A stretch of DNA of 64,000 nt from Isurus oxyrinchus (lineage: Eukaryota), in NCBI GenBank assembly GCA_026770705.1, contig JANJGN010000007.1, positions 96,968,001 through 97,032,000 of the forward strand. The letters are read 5' to 3'. Positions 37,466-50,399 of the stretch are shown piece by piece (the stretch's first letter is position 1; every line of letters starts with the position of its first letter). The translations under genes and the position numbers were made by a program. The notes under the pieces are model-generated. The model did not search any database and had not been told where the DNA came from. It worked only from the letters and a program-made list of their open reading frames with translations.

Positions 37466-40010
37466 CTTATTATGCCATAGAAAGGTCTCTGTCACTCCTT
37501 TAGCTGCAGACAGAGGATAAAATGCTACACCTATTCTTAATTCTGCATCTTCCCCTTCTCTTTATAGGGTTCAGCGGATCCCCAGGATACAGCAGAGATT
37601 GTACCTTTTTCCTATTCCACTAGGGGACAAATTTAACTTTGGTTTCTCTAAAATTTTTTACAACTTTACACGGACATTGTTGTTTTCCTTCTAAGGCTAA
37701 ACTGCTTTATAGCACTTGTACTAGCATCACTTGATCAACAATTGTTCAGGGCATAGACGATCATTGATGAAGTTAAGAAAATTGAACAAATGATGTTGGG
37801 AAATAAAAGGTGTGAGTGCATCCAACAGCAACACAAATCAATTGGGAGCGCTTCAATTAAATAGTTCAATGTGTTAGCAGTATACAACCCATTCATTTTT
37901 TTGTCAGCATGGATGTAAAATAATAACTTTTGCTTCGAAATGGGAGCCTCCTTGCCTACAACAAACATATGAATACTTGTAATCATGTTCCACAGTGAAG
38001 GCAACCCTTGAGAACTAAAACAGTGATGGGTAGAGCTAAAACGATAAGGAAAAGAAAGGGGTGATGTGTAATTGGTTCTATGTTACAAGAGCTGTTTGTG
38101 CTGACGACAGAGAGAGAGAAAAAAGAAGGGTACCCCTAGGGAGTTAATAAGTACTGGTAGGCAGGAGCAGAGGAAATGTGCAGTTTCATCAGTTTGATGG
38201 TTGCTATAGGTGGAGCCTTCAAGATCCCTTTACTTCCACCACTGTGATTTGAAGATTTGTTTAGAATATGGAGGTTTACATCGTTAAGTTAAGGATAAAG
38301 GACTATAAGTACATTCCTCTAAATATGTTTGTTTGTGTGCAGTTAAGGATTTTTTTGTGAGCTTTAAAGTGTTTTATTCTGTAAATTGCCATTTGTATGT
38401 GTAGTTACGCAGTTTAGGTTTGAAAGCCACATGTTAGATTAAAGGAAAATGTCGTAAAACATTCGAAAGTTTTAAACATAAGATTTGAGTTGAGATTACT
38501 GGCAAAAATAAATCTCAATTTGAAGATATCATGAAGCTAAACAGGGTAAAGATGAACCGACATTTGTACCACCCTTTTGTAGACTAGCATCACCAGTGTC
38601 CAAACAGATTGGGATCGACACAGACGAGTTGCATTAACATATCCACGTTAGTATTCAAAAACTCTGAAGGAAAAAGAAAACCTGAAATTCAAAAGGATTC
38701 TAGGAAACCCAGAAGACATAAACAAATGATCTACGTGATTCCAATGGATAAAAGAGGTTTCTTTTGAAGAGATGAATTAAATATGATAGGAAATCTGCAA
38801 CCCAACAGCACTGTAATTTGAATTTGGGACAATCTTGAAATGTAAAGTGCCGTGCAATTTAACTACGATGCTATCCAAAGGTAAATAATGTGTCGATAAA
38901 CGTATGGGACTTTGAACCTGGATACAAATCATTGCACGTGAAGAAGAGGTTGTTTTAATTTTGATAGTGTAACTTATATATCTCACAATGTTTGAAATTT
39001 GACGTTTGGTTCCTGATAATTGCTCAAAAAGGAATTTTAATTTTAAAAGGGTTGGCAACAATTGACACTAATTCAAATGCTGCAAGCTTTTGTATTTTTA
39101 AGCCTGTTCCCACAATATGAAGCTAAGCTCAAGGCCTCGGCAACGTTTGGTAGAAATCAGATTTTTGGCCGTGTTAATGAATCTGGGACAATTCTAAAAT
39201 AAACGGGTCAGACAGAATTTAGTGGGTTACTTTTGAGACAATAAATTGCTGTTTTAGAAAAAATTAAGGAAGCAAAACATTTCAAGGCTTCATTTCTATT
39301 TTTAAAACTGTTATGAGAATATTTTATTTATTTTAATATCCCTCCAGGCTGCCTGAACAAGATGGCATCATAATTGTTGCATGTGTTAAATGCTATGAGG
39401 CAAATAGGTGAAAGAGTAAGGAAAAGAGGACAAAATGTACAAATATTTTTACGGCAAGTGAATTTGATAATCTGGTCTTCAACTGAAAAATTGGAAACGC
39501 ACAGGGGGAGATAAGCAAACATCTAGGGACAGAGATCTTCATTGACACGCAATTGTTAATGTGGCCTAAAGAGCACGGAAATATTATAAACCATAAAGAT
39601 AATAGAGAAACTGACATCAAGAGAATCTTAGGATGATCATGGTCAGCGGAAAAGAAAGTAGAGGTAAAACTATGTGGAATCTATAGATCAGAAATTGAAA
39701 TGTAAGGAGAAATGATACTTAACAACTTACCACAAGATGGATATAGGTAAAGGGAAAGCTGGGAAAAGGCTAAATAGATGTATTACTGATTGTATTAATA
39801 TGCCTGCGAGCAACAAAACGTAAACCCACAGGATTAACGTTATGATGAAAGACAGAGTTAAGTGGCTCCCACAGAGAACCGTCACAGGGAGTTAAAAAAA
39901 CGGAGCCATTGAAAGATAAGATAAGAAGGTGCATTGTAGAGTTCTGTAGGCAGTTTAAGGAATTGAAGTCCGACGTGGGACAGCAGCAAGAAATAGTAGA
40001 CTGGAAGGAG

Positions 40011-40280
40011 TGGAGGGTGCCTATCCAGATGGATTCAGATTAGGGAACTCATTTCACAGGAACAATAATTAAATAAATTTAAATCCACTTCTCTACCAAC
40101 CATAGAGCTCGGGGATGATGGAAAGCATGAACTGAACTTTAAAAAAAAAATCATTGCAAAAGCAATTCAAGAGAAAGGGAACAACGCAATATTCTAATGC
40201 GCCTAACGTTAACCCAAGCAGAACGACCAGGTTCACCTCGTTTGAATTATTGATAGGGAGAGCAATGTAGATACCCGAGG
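40011..40280 (+). pseudogene. pol: Retroviral integrase core, C-terminal half (ERV1)
   Basis: WRVPIQMDSD*GTHFTG...YQP*SSGMMESMN*TLK...TRFTSFELLIGR, covering the second D to the E of the DD(35)E core. Confidence 0.8.
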
Positions 40281-40575
40281 GGATCACGGAAGCAGCGGGA
40301 GACGTAGGACCACTAAAAGGAGGGATGAGAGACTATGTGAGTGAAATAAGTAAGCAATTGCATGAGTTAAGGTAAAAAGTCAGAGACAAACAGGTGATGG
40401 TCAAGGTGAACCTGGAGCGAACATACGACAGTGATACTGTCAATTATGACAGTGATACATGCGCACTTGAAGATATAAGAACGGTAAGTAAATGGATGCA
40501 CTGCACACAGTTAAAGATGCATGACAATTGACCAAGCCGTAACCCGGAGAATGTTAATGTCTCCACAGATATAAC

Positions 40576-42530
40576 ATGCAGGTCTTGGGTGTATATATGC
40601 TGGAAACAAGGTCGGGGATCATCACTGCTCATCCCACAATGCAGGAGGCAATTTGGTACAGAATGAACAGTGCCAAATGCGACATGCAAAGCGGAATAAT
40701 AAAGGTAACAGTTGGAGAACACGTGCTTTTAAATTATAGTAACGGTTTGCATCAGGTCGGGCGTGGGAGTTCCACCCAAAAGAGAAGGTTAGTGCCACTA
40801 CCCAGCCACCTCACACCTCTACTTCCACAGTTCGAGTAGAGATATTTGAAGCCTCAGAAACCACGCCAACCGACCCTCCTTGTCCAGCCATGTATCCAGG
40901 GCCGACAAATTGTCTCGTATTGATCAATCAAAATAAAGTTATATATGATAATGTATACCATGAGCAGGTGCCATAGTCTTGAGCGTATCCGTTTTCGCCC
41001 TCCCCAATGGTGCTCAACCCACACCCAAGCAGTTTATACAGCTCTGACGGATCAGTTGATGACTGAAGCAGTTGCATTGAATGGCGAGCTGCGATATGGC
41101 TTGGGTGGAGTGGGGGTTGGAGGGGGTGTGGGGAGAGGGAGAGGTGGGGACCACGTTAAGAGCAGCCTGATAAATGATGTGCTACGATAGTCAATACAGG
41201 GACATCAGTGATTGATTCAGAACCTAGCAACTGTTGATCAGAAGTTCCAGACCATGAGCTCTAAGCATAAGGAGATTCGACAGCAGGGACAAGGAATTCA
41301 TAACACAAAATTAAACACAGACCAGGACATGGCACTGCTAATCCAAAACCTGGCAATTGTGCTCGAAATTCATGCGGGTTCTAGCAATAAACTGATTACA
41401 ATAGGGGAAAATATTTCAGACGAAACAAGTAGAAATGATATTTGCAACACATACGGATCCTGGGCTCTTGTGAAAACCTGAAAGAATTTAAGACAGATTA
41501 ATGAAGGGCATTCGGCACTGTCCAGGCTGTACCAAAGTTGCTTTATGGTTAATTAATAACATTTATGTAATCTTTCACGACACAAGGATCATGACTTGAC
41601 TGGCTGCCATCTCAGAGGTTTAATATACATATATAGAATGAATGTTAAATGTATAGTAAATAATGATATGCTAATTGCCTTAGTGATACCTGTTATATCT
41701 ATGTCAACATCCGGCAGGACATTTTATATAGTAGAAAATATTGGTGTAATATGGGGGGGATTAATATATTAAGTCCCACGATATTCCACCATATGCAGCA
41801 GACGTAAAAGTGAATACAGTTAGCACACATTAGAAGAGTGTAGAATCGAGGCCACCGCAGTAGTATGACCACCCCCTATATGAGATGGAAGAAGTGAAGT
41901 GGCGATTTTAAACAGCAGCAAACTGTGGAATGGAAACTATATAGGCTGCAAAGGAACCGAGCAATGTTGCAGACACGGGGAATGGGAGATATTGCATCAC
42001 CATATGGCAGGAAAAAATCCAGTATGGTTGCAACTGGATATGCCTCAAACACAATCATTTGGTGTACCTACACCCACAGGTGCTGGCAAGGGTGGGAAGG
42101 TGGAACTGGTTGAAATATACAAGAGAGGAACGACTACTATTGAGGTCATGGAAAACCTTAAAGAAAATCTGACACAGTATCTGTACCAGTTCTCCTACGA
42201 AATTACTATGTTACTAGAGTACATTATCGTGATTTGGAGGCAGACTCAACAGATGTACAGAACTCACTATACACTGCAGCAACAGGTTAGATCCTGAAAG
42301 GAGGATATCAAACAAAAAGATTATTTCACATGGTGGGATGACCTGTGGAACTGGCGCTCAAACGTACAGGTACATCCCTGGAATCGGAATATCTCCCATG
42401 CCCTAGTTATAATTCAACTGATATGATTATCTGCCTTAAACAGTTAATTCACCCACCCTGAAGAGACAAAGACGGTAGCGCTGGGGTTGTTTCAACAGAT
42501 GGAGAAGGGATTTAGCAAGCCAGAGGCCTG
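40576..42530 (+). pseudogene. env: env pseudogene (ERV1), class I fusion glycoprotein with F-like subunit proportions
   Basis: Acceptor ctccacag| then ATG at 40576. Degenerate basic cleavage site followed by SLINDVL..NTGTSVIDS.NLATVDQKFQ and a heptad. LIALVIPVIS..FYIVENIGVI, C-terminal heptad, WWDDLWNW and TM ISHALVIIQLI follow. Stops and frameshifts. Confidence 0.75.
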
Positions 42531-42686
42531 AATTGAATGACTAGATGATACAAGTGGTCTGTTGATACCATTTGTAACCCAAAGCTGGATGACTGGTAAG
42601 CATCAATGGTCGGCGGTGGCTAAAGGGACAGACAGTGCCACTATAGTTGGCTACCTTGGGCTAGGTCAAGAGCCAAAAGTGGCGAC

Positions 42687-43229
42687 TGTTCTGGGGGAAT
42701 AAAGCGGTACAGTAAGAATTTATTTTCAGGGAATGCTACTGTTGGAATCTCCAAGCAGCCAGTGCCTGCAAGTACATTGACAGTGAAAAAGCACCAGACG
42801 AACCTTATACACTCTTGGGCTTTCTACACCCTGAGGGTTTGAAATCACCAGCAAGGACCTGGGAGTCAGACTGGGGACTTAGTTTATAAAAAGAACATTT
42901 AGGTTTGAGCCTATTTACCGCAGATAGGGAGAGAACAGATGGTCCCAAATTAGACAGGAAGGAACGTCTCTCCCTAGGCGAACAATAGGGACATACAATG
43001 CATGCACCTGTTACCAGAGATGTCTTTTTAATGTAAACATATATGTTGACAAGATCGGAATCTGGAAACTGTTCTTGTACGTGACCAATAATGTATAAAT
43101 ATGTTGAACACTTGTAATTTGGCAGAGTACTGTCTCATGCTGTATTGAGGTAGTGCTCTCCTTGCAATTGCTCAAATACATGATCGTACCTGAGACTCTA
43201 GCGGTCCTTTTATCAAAGTGACCACAACA
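42687..43229 (+). repeat. 3' LTR of ERV1
   Basis: Preceded by PPT-like AAAAGTGGCGAC (42675-42686). Starts TGTT and ends ACCACAACA. TATAAA at ~43095. Similar to the LTRs at 52611 and 58134 (TTGTACGTGA.CA, CTCTC.TTGCAATTG). Confidence 0.85.
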
Positions 43230-43526
43230 AATAATAACTACTTCAACGTTTTTTCATGTATATAAATAAAATTAGTTTATTTTTAATTTTACCACCACAA
43301 TTCTATTGTCTGATTTTGGAACAGAGGGAGTGAGGGAAGGAGGAAGGGAGAAAAGGACACATTGTTAATTTTCAAAGTTCATTTTACAAATGCAGAAGCG
43401 ACCAGGCGATCTCGACCTGCCCTTACGGCAGATTAAGCCTAGGACTCCTCAAGTGCTCCAAGGAGGCATGTGTGTATCTGGTTCCATGTTGATCTACTCC
43501 AGTTCCTCCATTTCTTCATTGCCAGG

Positions 43527-44845
43527 TGTTACGATCGTAGCTGATATTACTACTGGACAATTCAGATACAATGGTGGAACCCAGTTGGATAGATCATAAC
43601 TTTTATTTTTGTTTAGATTCGTGGAGAGTGGCGACTGAACAGAGTGACAGGAGTGAGCTTACAAGCTTCCACCAAAGGCATAAAACAATTATAAAGTAAG
43701 TAAATATGAATTACGTTACACTACACCTTCATCCACAACTACACCTTTACAAGTATATACAGATGCAAAAGGTTAACCCAAGTTATCAAAGTAATCTTAT
43801 ACTCTAACGCTCACAGTCCATGTCGAACAGCAGTCTACATGTGACACGCCACACTCTGAACCAAGAGACGGTTGCCACCCGAATAGATTTTCTGGATCCT
43901 CCATCAACTCTCCCAGACCCTTGTCTCACTGTGCAACATCCGGCAACAGGGAACTTCATCTTTCACACGAAGTTTTCCAAACTGCACTCTCGAAACTTTG
44001 GAATCTCCTCCGAAACAATGATTTTGCCCAGGCACCTTCCCCAAGGTACACCTCCAGCGTTTCAACTTCTCCTTCTGTTGCTCCTCTCCCCTGGAATCTC
44101 ACATGCGTTCAAGCATCCTTCCACGCACTCACTCTCAAATGCTCAGTAGTGCCAAAATAACACCAGCCCTTCACATGTCCATACTAAAGAGTTTCAGACC
44201 TTCAGTTGTGCCCATCTTGTTTCTTGCAAGCCATTTTTTTTCAATATGTCTGCTTGCAACAGCCTTATTTTATTTCGGCGTGAAGCTTGGTGCCTTCCTT
44301 TCTGCTTCTCAGTCCAATCTTTTCAAAACAAGATGATTTCCAAAATCCTGACTCTGTCATTGGACTTAACTGTCCTGTTGCGACCTTGCCTTTTCCACTC
44401 CCTCGGATTTGGGGACTTTCTTCCTTAGGTTCTGAAACCTGTTCCTGCAATTTTCTCTCCTGCACATCGTCTCTGGAATGCTGGCTTCGACTGAACAGAA
44501 ACTGCTTTTTCAGTTTTCTCTGTCTCATTGTGTTCCACTCTCTGGACACCTGTTGCAAGGCAACAATACAGTTTCTCTATTTTGTTTTACTTCACTAATC
44601 CACTAACCCCAAAGCCTTGATACAACTGCTCTCTAATTCAAGGGCCATAAAACTAATAAGAATGCAGGCACCCAAACAATTCATCAGAAATGCTGTATCT
44701 TCTATGAACTGAAACTAGATCCTGGCATTACCTTTTTCTACTACAGATAGAAAAATGTAAATTAATCTCGAACATAAAGATATTCTTTAATCCTAACAAA
44801 CCCAAGTACACACATAATTTCTTCAAATATTTCTGTTTGTCATTA
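43527..44845 (-). mobile_element. Probable solo LTR of another (gypsy-type) LTR family
   Basis: Terminus TGTTACGATC at 43527 and AATAAA on the minus strand near 43605. No coding motif. Partial similarity to 49385-50120. Right boundary uncertain. Confidence 0.45.
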
Positions 44846-45479
44846 ATGTGCTATGATATCTGGCTAACTCTTTTACATGAGTTTGAAATCAATCGAATTG
44901 TATATATTGAGAAACATATTATTCACCTTCAGTCGCAATAAAAATTCAGAAACTTGCCATTACTTGGTTTTGTTTCTGCTTTGTTTCCCCATTACTTTCT
45001 GCTATTCAGGATGAACATGATGTCGTGCAACTCTGGGTACCACCTGTGCTCAATTTATGACCGCATGCCCACTTCATTAGGAAAGATGTTTCCGCCTATA
45101 ACAACTCCAGTATCCACACTATCTCAGTCTAACAAATACTAAATGCCACAATCGCCCATTATTCATCCACAGACACTATATACTCTTCCTCAATGCATCA
45201 CCTACCATTCCTCTAACAGCGGTCACTCTGCCGAACGTCTCTGGCTAAGTGCTGGTCATTTACCTGCAGTCGGAGCCAGATAATCCAGCAATGTGTTGTT
45301 TGCTTCAGAACTGTCAATACCTTGAAAAGCTATCTTTCTCTACCACTTCTTGCACACCTACAAAATTATCCTTTGATCAAAAAGGCCAGGGCTGGGGATG
45401 GGTGCATATTTTGTGGGTGACTTGGGCTGGGTTTGGGTGGTTGGGTTTGTATACAAGGCAGAAATGAAGAACTACCTGC

Positions 45480-46340
45480 ATCGTAGCTTAAATTCTGTCA
45501 TAGCTGAAATGTTAGAATCCGTTGTTAAAAAAACATTACAGCAGGGAATTTGGAATTATTCAAGGCAATCACGCAGAGTCAACATCGTTTTTTAACATGG
45601 AAATTTAGTTTATCAATTTTTTTTGGAGTTCTTGAAGGAGCCACATCTGTAATGGACAAAGGGGTCGATGTCCTTTATTTGCTTTAAAGGATGAATTTGA
45701 TGAGGCGCCATTGGTCAAAGGTCATTGTGGACGATTAAATCTCATGGTGCATGGGAAATCATATTGGCATGGTTAGAGAATGGGCTAGGTAAAAGGGAAC
45801 CGATGGTTGCCATGAATACGTTTTTTTTTTCTGGTTGTTGAGTTATGACGAGCTGTGACCCATTGGAAGCAGTGCTCCTTCCTCAACTTGTCACAAAATA
45901 TATTCAACGTTTAGATGAAGGGGCCGAAGGTATAATTGTGACATCTGCTGACGGGAAAAATAAAGTAGGAAATTGAACTGTGAAGACGAAGATGCAGAGA
46001 GACATAGAGTGGTTAAGTGAATATGAAAAACTTTGGAAAATTGAGTATAAAGTATGAAATGCGAAATTGGCCATCTGGCAGGAAGAATAATAAAATAACA
46101 TTATGGAAATAAAGGGAGGTTGTAGACCTCTGAGATTTACGGGGACCTGGTGCATTAATCACAAAATATCGAACATGCAGTTACAGCAGGTAATTAGGAA
46201 AGCTAATAAAAATATTGTTTATTTTGATGGGAATCGCTTATCAAAGTAGGGAATTTATATTTCAGTTACGTAGGGCAGTGGTAAGACCACATCTAGAGCA
46301 CTGTATACAGTATTGAGGTCCTTCACTAAGCAAAAGTGAA
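45480..46340 (+). mobile_element. Decayed CR1 RT fragment
   Basis: SLNSVIAEMLESVVK..., and LRRAVVRPHLEHCIQY. Confidence 0.75.
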
Positions 46341-46699
46341 ATATATTACACTGACGAAACGTTGGATATACCTCAATACAAACGCTAGTAAAAAGTCAAA
46401 TCACATTACTTCTTCACCCCATTTATACCTTCACAGTTACATACCTCAAAGTTAATAATCACTGGAGTATTAACTGAGTGGCGTGCAAATTGGCATATGG
46501 CAAATAAGAGTATATAATTTAGCGGCTCGTTCAAAGGCAGATGTGTGAGGAGTAGGTTTAGATTGGCAGCCATACTGGGAAAAATGGGGGATGTAAAATT
46601 TGCCCACCTGCGCCTCAACCGGGCTGAACTGATATCCTAGTGATATGCTTAATTAGGGCATTAAACTAAGCGCTGGGGGCAAGGGATCAAATTTCAGAA

Positions 46700-49380
46700 G
46701 ATCTGCTGCACCAAACAGTAAATACACGGCAAGGATGAAAGGTTCAATTTGAAAATAGCAATTACAGGAACATAGATGCAGCCTGACATAGATTGAGACC
46801 TGAATGTTGAATTTTATGTGACAGTTGGGATGAACAGAAAGCTAATCAAAGGTAGAGTGGTGGTAATGTTAATTCATGATGGTATTAGCACGTTAGGGAT
46901 GGATGACCTACGTTCAAGAAGCCAGAATATGGAAGTAGTATGGGTTGAGATGAGAAACGATAAAAAGAAAAAGCACTTCTGGGAGTTATGTACCAGCGCC
47001 AGAATTGCAAATACTTGCTATAAAGCCGCTTAAAGTAAGAGATAATGGGACGTTGTCAGGAAGACGCCGACAGTCATTTGGGATGTTAACATACTGATAG
47101 AATGTAAAAATTAGATGGGCAAAGGTAGCCTAGATGAGAAGTTCATAGAATATTCTCGAGAACGTTTTCCGGAACAGTGCTTTCTGGAGAACAGTCTGTA
47201 TTTGACCCAGTGCAGTGCATCGAGATAGAATTAATTGAAAACCACAAAGTGAAGGCACCACTAGGTGGCAGAAATCCTAACATGATTTAATTTTACATTC
47301 AGTTTGAGGTTAGAAAAAGAAAAATAGTTGGACCAAGCCGAAATTTTAAAATTAAATAAAGGCAATTATGAGGGTTAGAAGGCAGAGCTATCTTAAGTGA
47401 ATAGGCAAATGAGGTTAAAGTTTAGGCACATAGTGATGCAGTCACAGACTTTAATAGCAGTATTTCACGCTACACAGAAAACATACATTTAAATGCGAAG
47501 GAACAGTTCCAAGGGGTGTACCCACCAACCGTGTTAAATGACAAAAAGTAAAAGACAATTTCAAACTGAATGAAACAGCATATAATTGTGGAAAGATGGG
47601 TGGCAGATCAGATCCTTGGACATGGTATAAATTAGAGCAAAGAATGACGAAATAATCAGTAAGGAAAGAGAGTTAAAGTACGGGAGGAAGCCAGAGTCAA
47701 ATATAAATATGAATAGTAAGACTTTCTATCCGTATTTAAGCAAGAAAATATAATACATTTAGCGTTTGTCCTATAGAAAATGTGTCTGGACATTCGTGAT
47801 TGTACGTGAGGAGGTGGCAGATGTTTTGAACGGGAATTTTGCATCAGTCTTCAATATAGAGGATAAAAGTAGCATCTGAAAATAGCTTTAAGTCAGCAAA
47901 TGGAAGGAGGGGCTAACTCAGAAACATTACAGTGACATGTCATTGAACAAATTGTTGGTACTGCGGACTAACATATTATGGGGTCCTGTTGGGCTCGATC
48001 CTGAGGTCTTCAAAGAACTGGCTAGGGAAGGAATTGCTGCATTGTTTTTTAATTATCCAAAATTCCCTACATTCGGTCAAGGGTCAATTATATTAGAAAA
48101 CAGCAGATGTAATTCCTTTACGCAAAAAATGTGTTTGGAGCCTGGGGGGAAACGTGGCTGGGAGCTGGAGGGTGTTCAGGGGACGTGTGGATGGTCAACA
48201 AGCAGGACCTTACAGGCTAGTTGGCTTAACACCTGTCTAAGTTAATGTTATACGCTATTTTAATTACCTTAAAACAGGGAACATGTTGGCATGGATATAA
48301 GCTTTGGTAGCAAGCAGCAAACAGTGGGTAGTCGTATTTGTGTTGGTGGGATGTGCCACGTGGTGTGTCAGAGAGATTGTTGCTGCGGCTTCAACTTGTT
48401 TACAATTTATATAAATGACTTGGATGAAGAAACATGCGGTATGGCTGTTACATTTGCTGACAATGCTATGATAGCTAGGAGAGTAGTTTGTGAAGAGGAT
48501 GTGAGAGATTAAGAAGTTTCAATGAAGGGTTAGTTGAGTGAGCAACGATCTGTAAAATGCAGTATCACGTGAACACATGTGAAACGATCGAATTTGGAAG
48601 GAGTGATAAATAAGAAGTATTATATCTAAATACTGGGAGATACAGGGTATCTTTCTGTCCCATTGCATGAATCACAAAATGCTAGTAGGCAGGTGCAGCA
48701 AGTAATTAGGTGCAGCAAGCTAATAGAATGTTATCGTTTATTGTGAGACAATTGTTTACCAAAGTAGGGAGCTCATTCTTCAGTTATACAGAGCACTCGG
48801 GACAGCAGGTCTGGAGAAGTGTGTACAGCCTCGGTCTGCTTAATTAACGAAGGATGTAAATGTATTCGATGTAGTTCAGAGAAGGTTTATCAGACAAATG
48901 CCACGAATGTGTGGGGATTGCCTTATGAGGAAAGGTTGGACAGATTAGGCTCCCCAACCACTGGAGTACATATAGTCAGAGGTCAATTCATTGAAATGTT
49001 TAAAAACCTGAGGTGTCTTGACAGAAAAGTTGCAGCGAAGATGTACACCTTCTAGGAGAATCTAGTATTCAACGTCGCAGTTTAAAAGCAGGGTGTCGAC
49101 CAATAACGGGAGATAAGAACCTTTCTTCTCTCAGAGGTCAGTGAATCTTTGAAACTCGCTCCCTGAATAAATAGCCGAAGCAGAGCCTTCGGAGATTTTT
49201 AAGGCAGGGCATGGTAGTTTCTAGTTAAACTAGAGGGTGAACCATTATCGGGTAAGCAGGAATGTGGAGTAGAGATTACAATCATATCTGCATGATATCA
49301 GTGAATTGCGTAGCCGCCTCATTGGGCTGAGAGACCAACCCCTGCTCATAATCCATATGTTCGAAAATTTCTATGTTTCT
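46700..49380 (+). mobile_element. Decayed CR1 ORF2 (endonuclease to 3' UTR)
   Basis: MEVVWVEMRND, GPVGLDPEVFKE, FTIYINDLDEE..FADNAMI and LPYEERLDRLG. Confidence 0.85.
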
Positions 49381-49384
49381 ATAC

Positions 49385-50120
49385 TAATTTGTAAAGATAA
49401 CACATATCAAAAAACCTATCTTATAACCTAATATAACAAAAGAAATGTAAACACATAGGAACCGACTGGTTAACTGTGGTCAGGCACGTCGCACTCCATA
49501 ATGAGTGACAGGTGCAACCAAAGTATAATCACGATATTATCTATCACTGGACCCGACACCCCGATCCTCGAACCAACACCCCACCCACTACACACACAGT
49601 CACACACAGACTCCTCGTAAACCACGAACCACCAGACTCACTGAACTCTGTCTTTCTCTTCCTGAGATTTCTTTGCACCAGATACCTGCATGCAGTCAAT
49701 TCACTTTGCATGCGCGCTTTCAGATATTCCGTAGTGCTAAGCAGAAGACCATTGCATCGAAGGTGACCTTTTTCCTTGATGTCCGCTGCACAGTGTTTCT
49801 AAACTTTGGCTACCCTCTCGCTGCATCAGCCTGCTCTCAAGCCCACATTGTTTTGAGCTTACCTCCGACAGCTTTCAATGTAATTCGGAGCAAATGGCTC
49901 TGCTCCACACCCGCCTATTTTCAGCTGGATCTATTTCTGACCTCTGTCCTTATCCTATACCTAAGAACTGTATTTTGACCGACTTCATGGTCTGGGGACC
50001 ACTTTTTTGTTTAGGGCTGCCCTCTGCCCCCTTCCTTGTCCTGCTCTTTGTGGCGCCTTCTCTGCAAAGGCTCTCGGCTTCATATAATCTGAAATGCGGT
50101 TACGCCTCTTATTCACCTTT
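49385..50120 (-). repeat. LTR-like segment related to 43527-44845
   Basis: Shared blocks such as ATCTTATA..CTAA and GTGACAGGTGCAACC versus GAGACGGTTGCCACC, with the same pyrimidine-rich composition. Confidence 0.35.
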
Positions 50121-50399
50121 ACTCATTTAAACTGCGCAGTGCCGTTCCCCGGCAATAAGCCGAGAAAATTCCGAAAAGTGCCCATGTCCCGCCATACTCT
50201 GGCTGGTGCATACGCGAGAAAGAAGACTTGAAGATATTTCTTTTTATGAAACAGAACATTGTATGTGTGGCTATTCATTAGCCGCCGCATGCGCAAAATG
50301 CCAGACGCTTCGTCTAGATTTAAAGGGGATGGTTTCTCCTTATTTTTGACCTTGGGTCTCGTCATGCCAAACACTTCATTTCACATTCGCAATCATCAG

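Larger units (their letters stand above)
38070..43229 (+). mobile_element. Endogenous retrovirus copy 1 (5'-truncated; internal region, partial integrase, env, PPT, 3' LTR)
   Basis: Collinear with the minus-strand element at 52611-58614 (e.g. GGTACCCCTAGGG..GAGCAGAGGAAATGTG and AGGCAGTTTAAGGA..TCCGACGTGGGACAGCAGCA). Integrase and env remnants and a 3' LTR are present. Confidence 0.85.
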
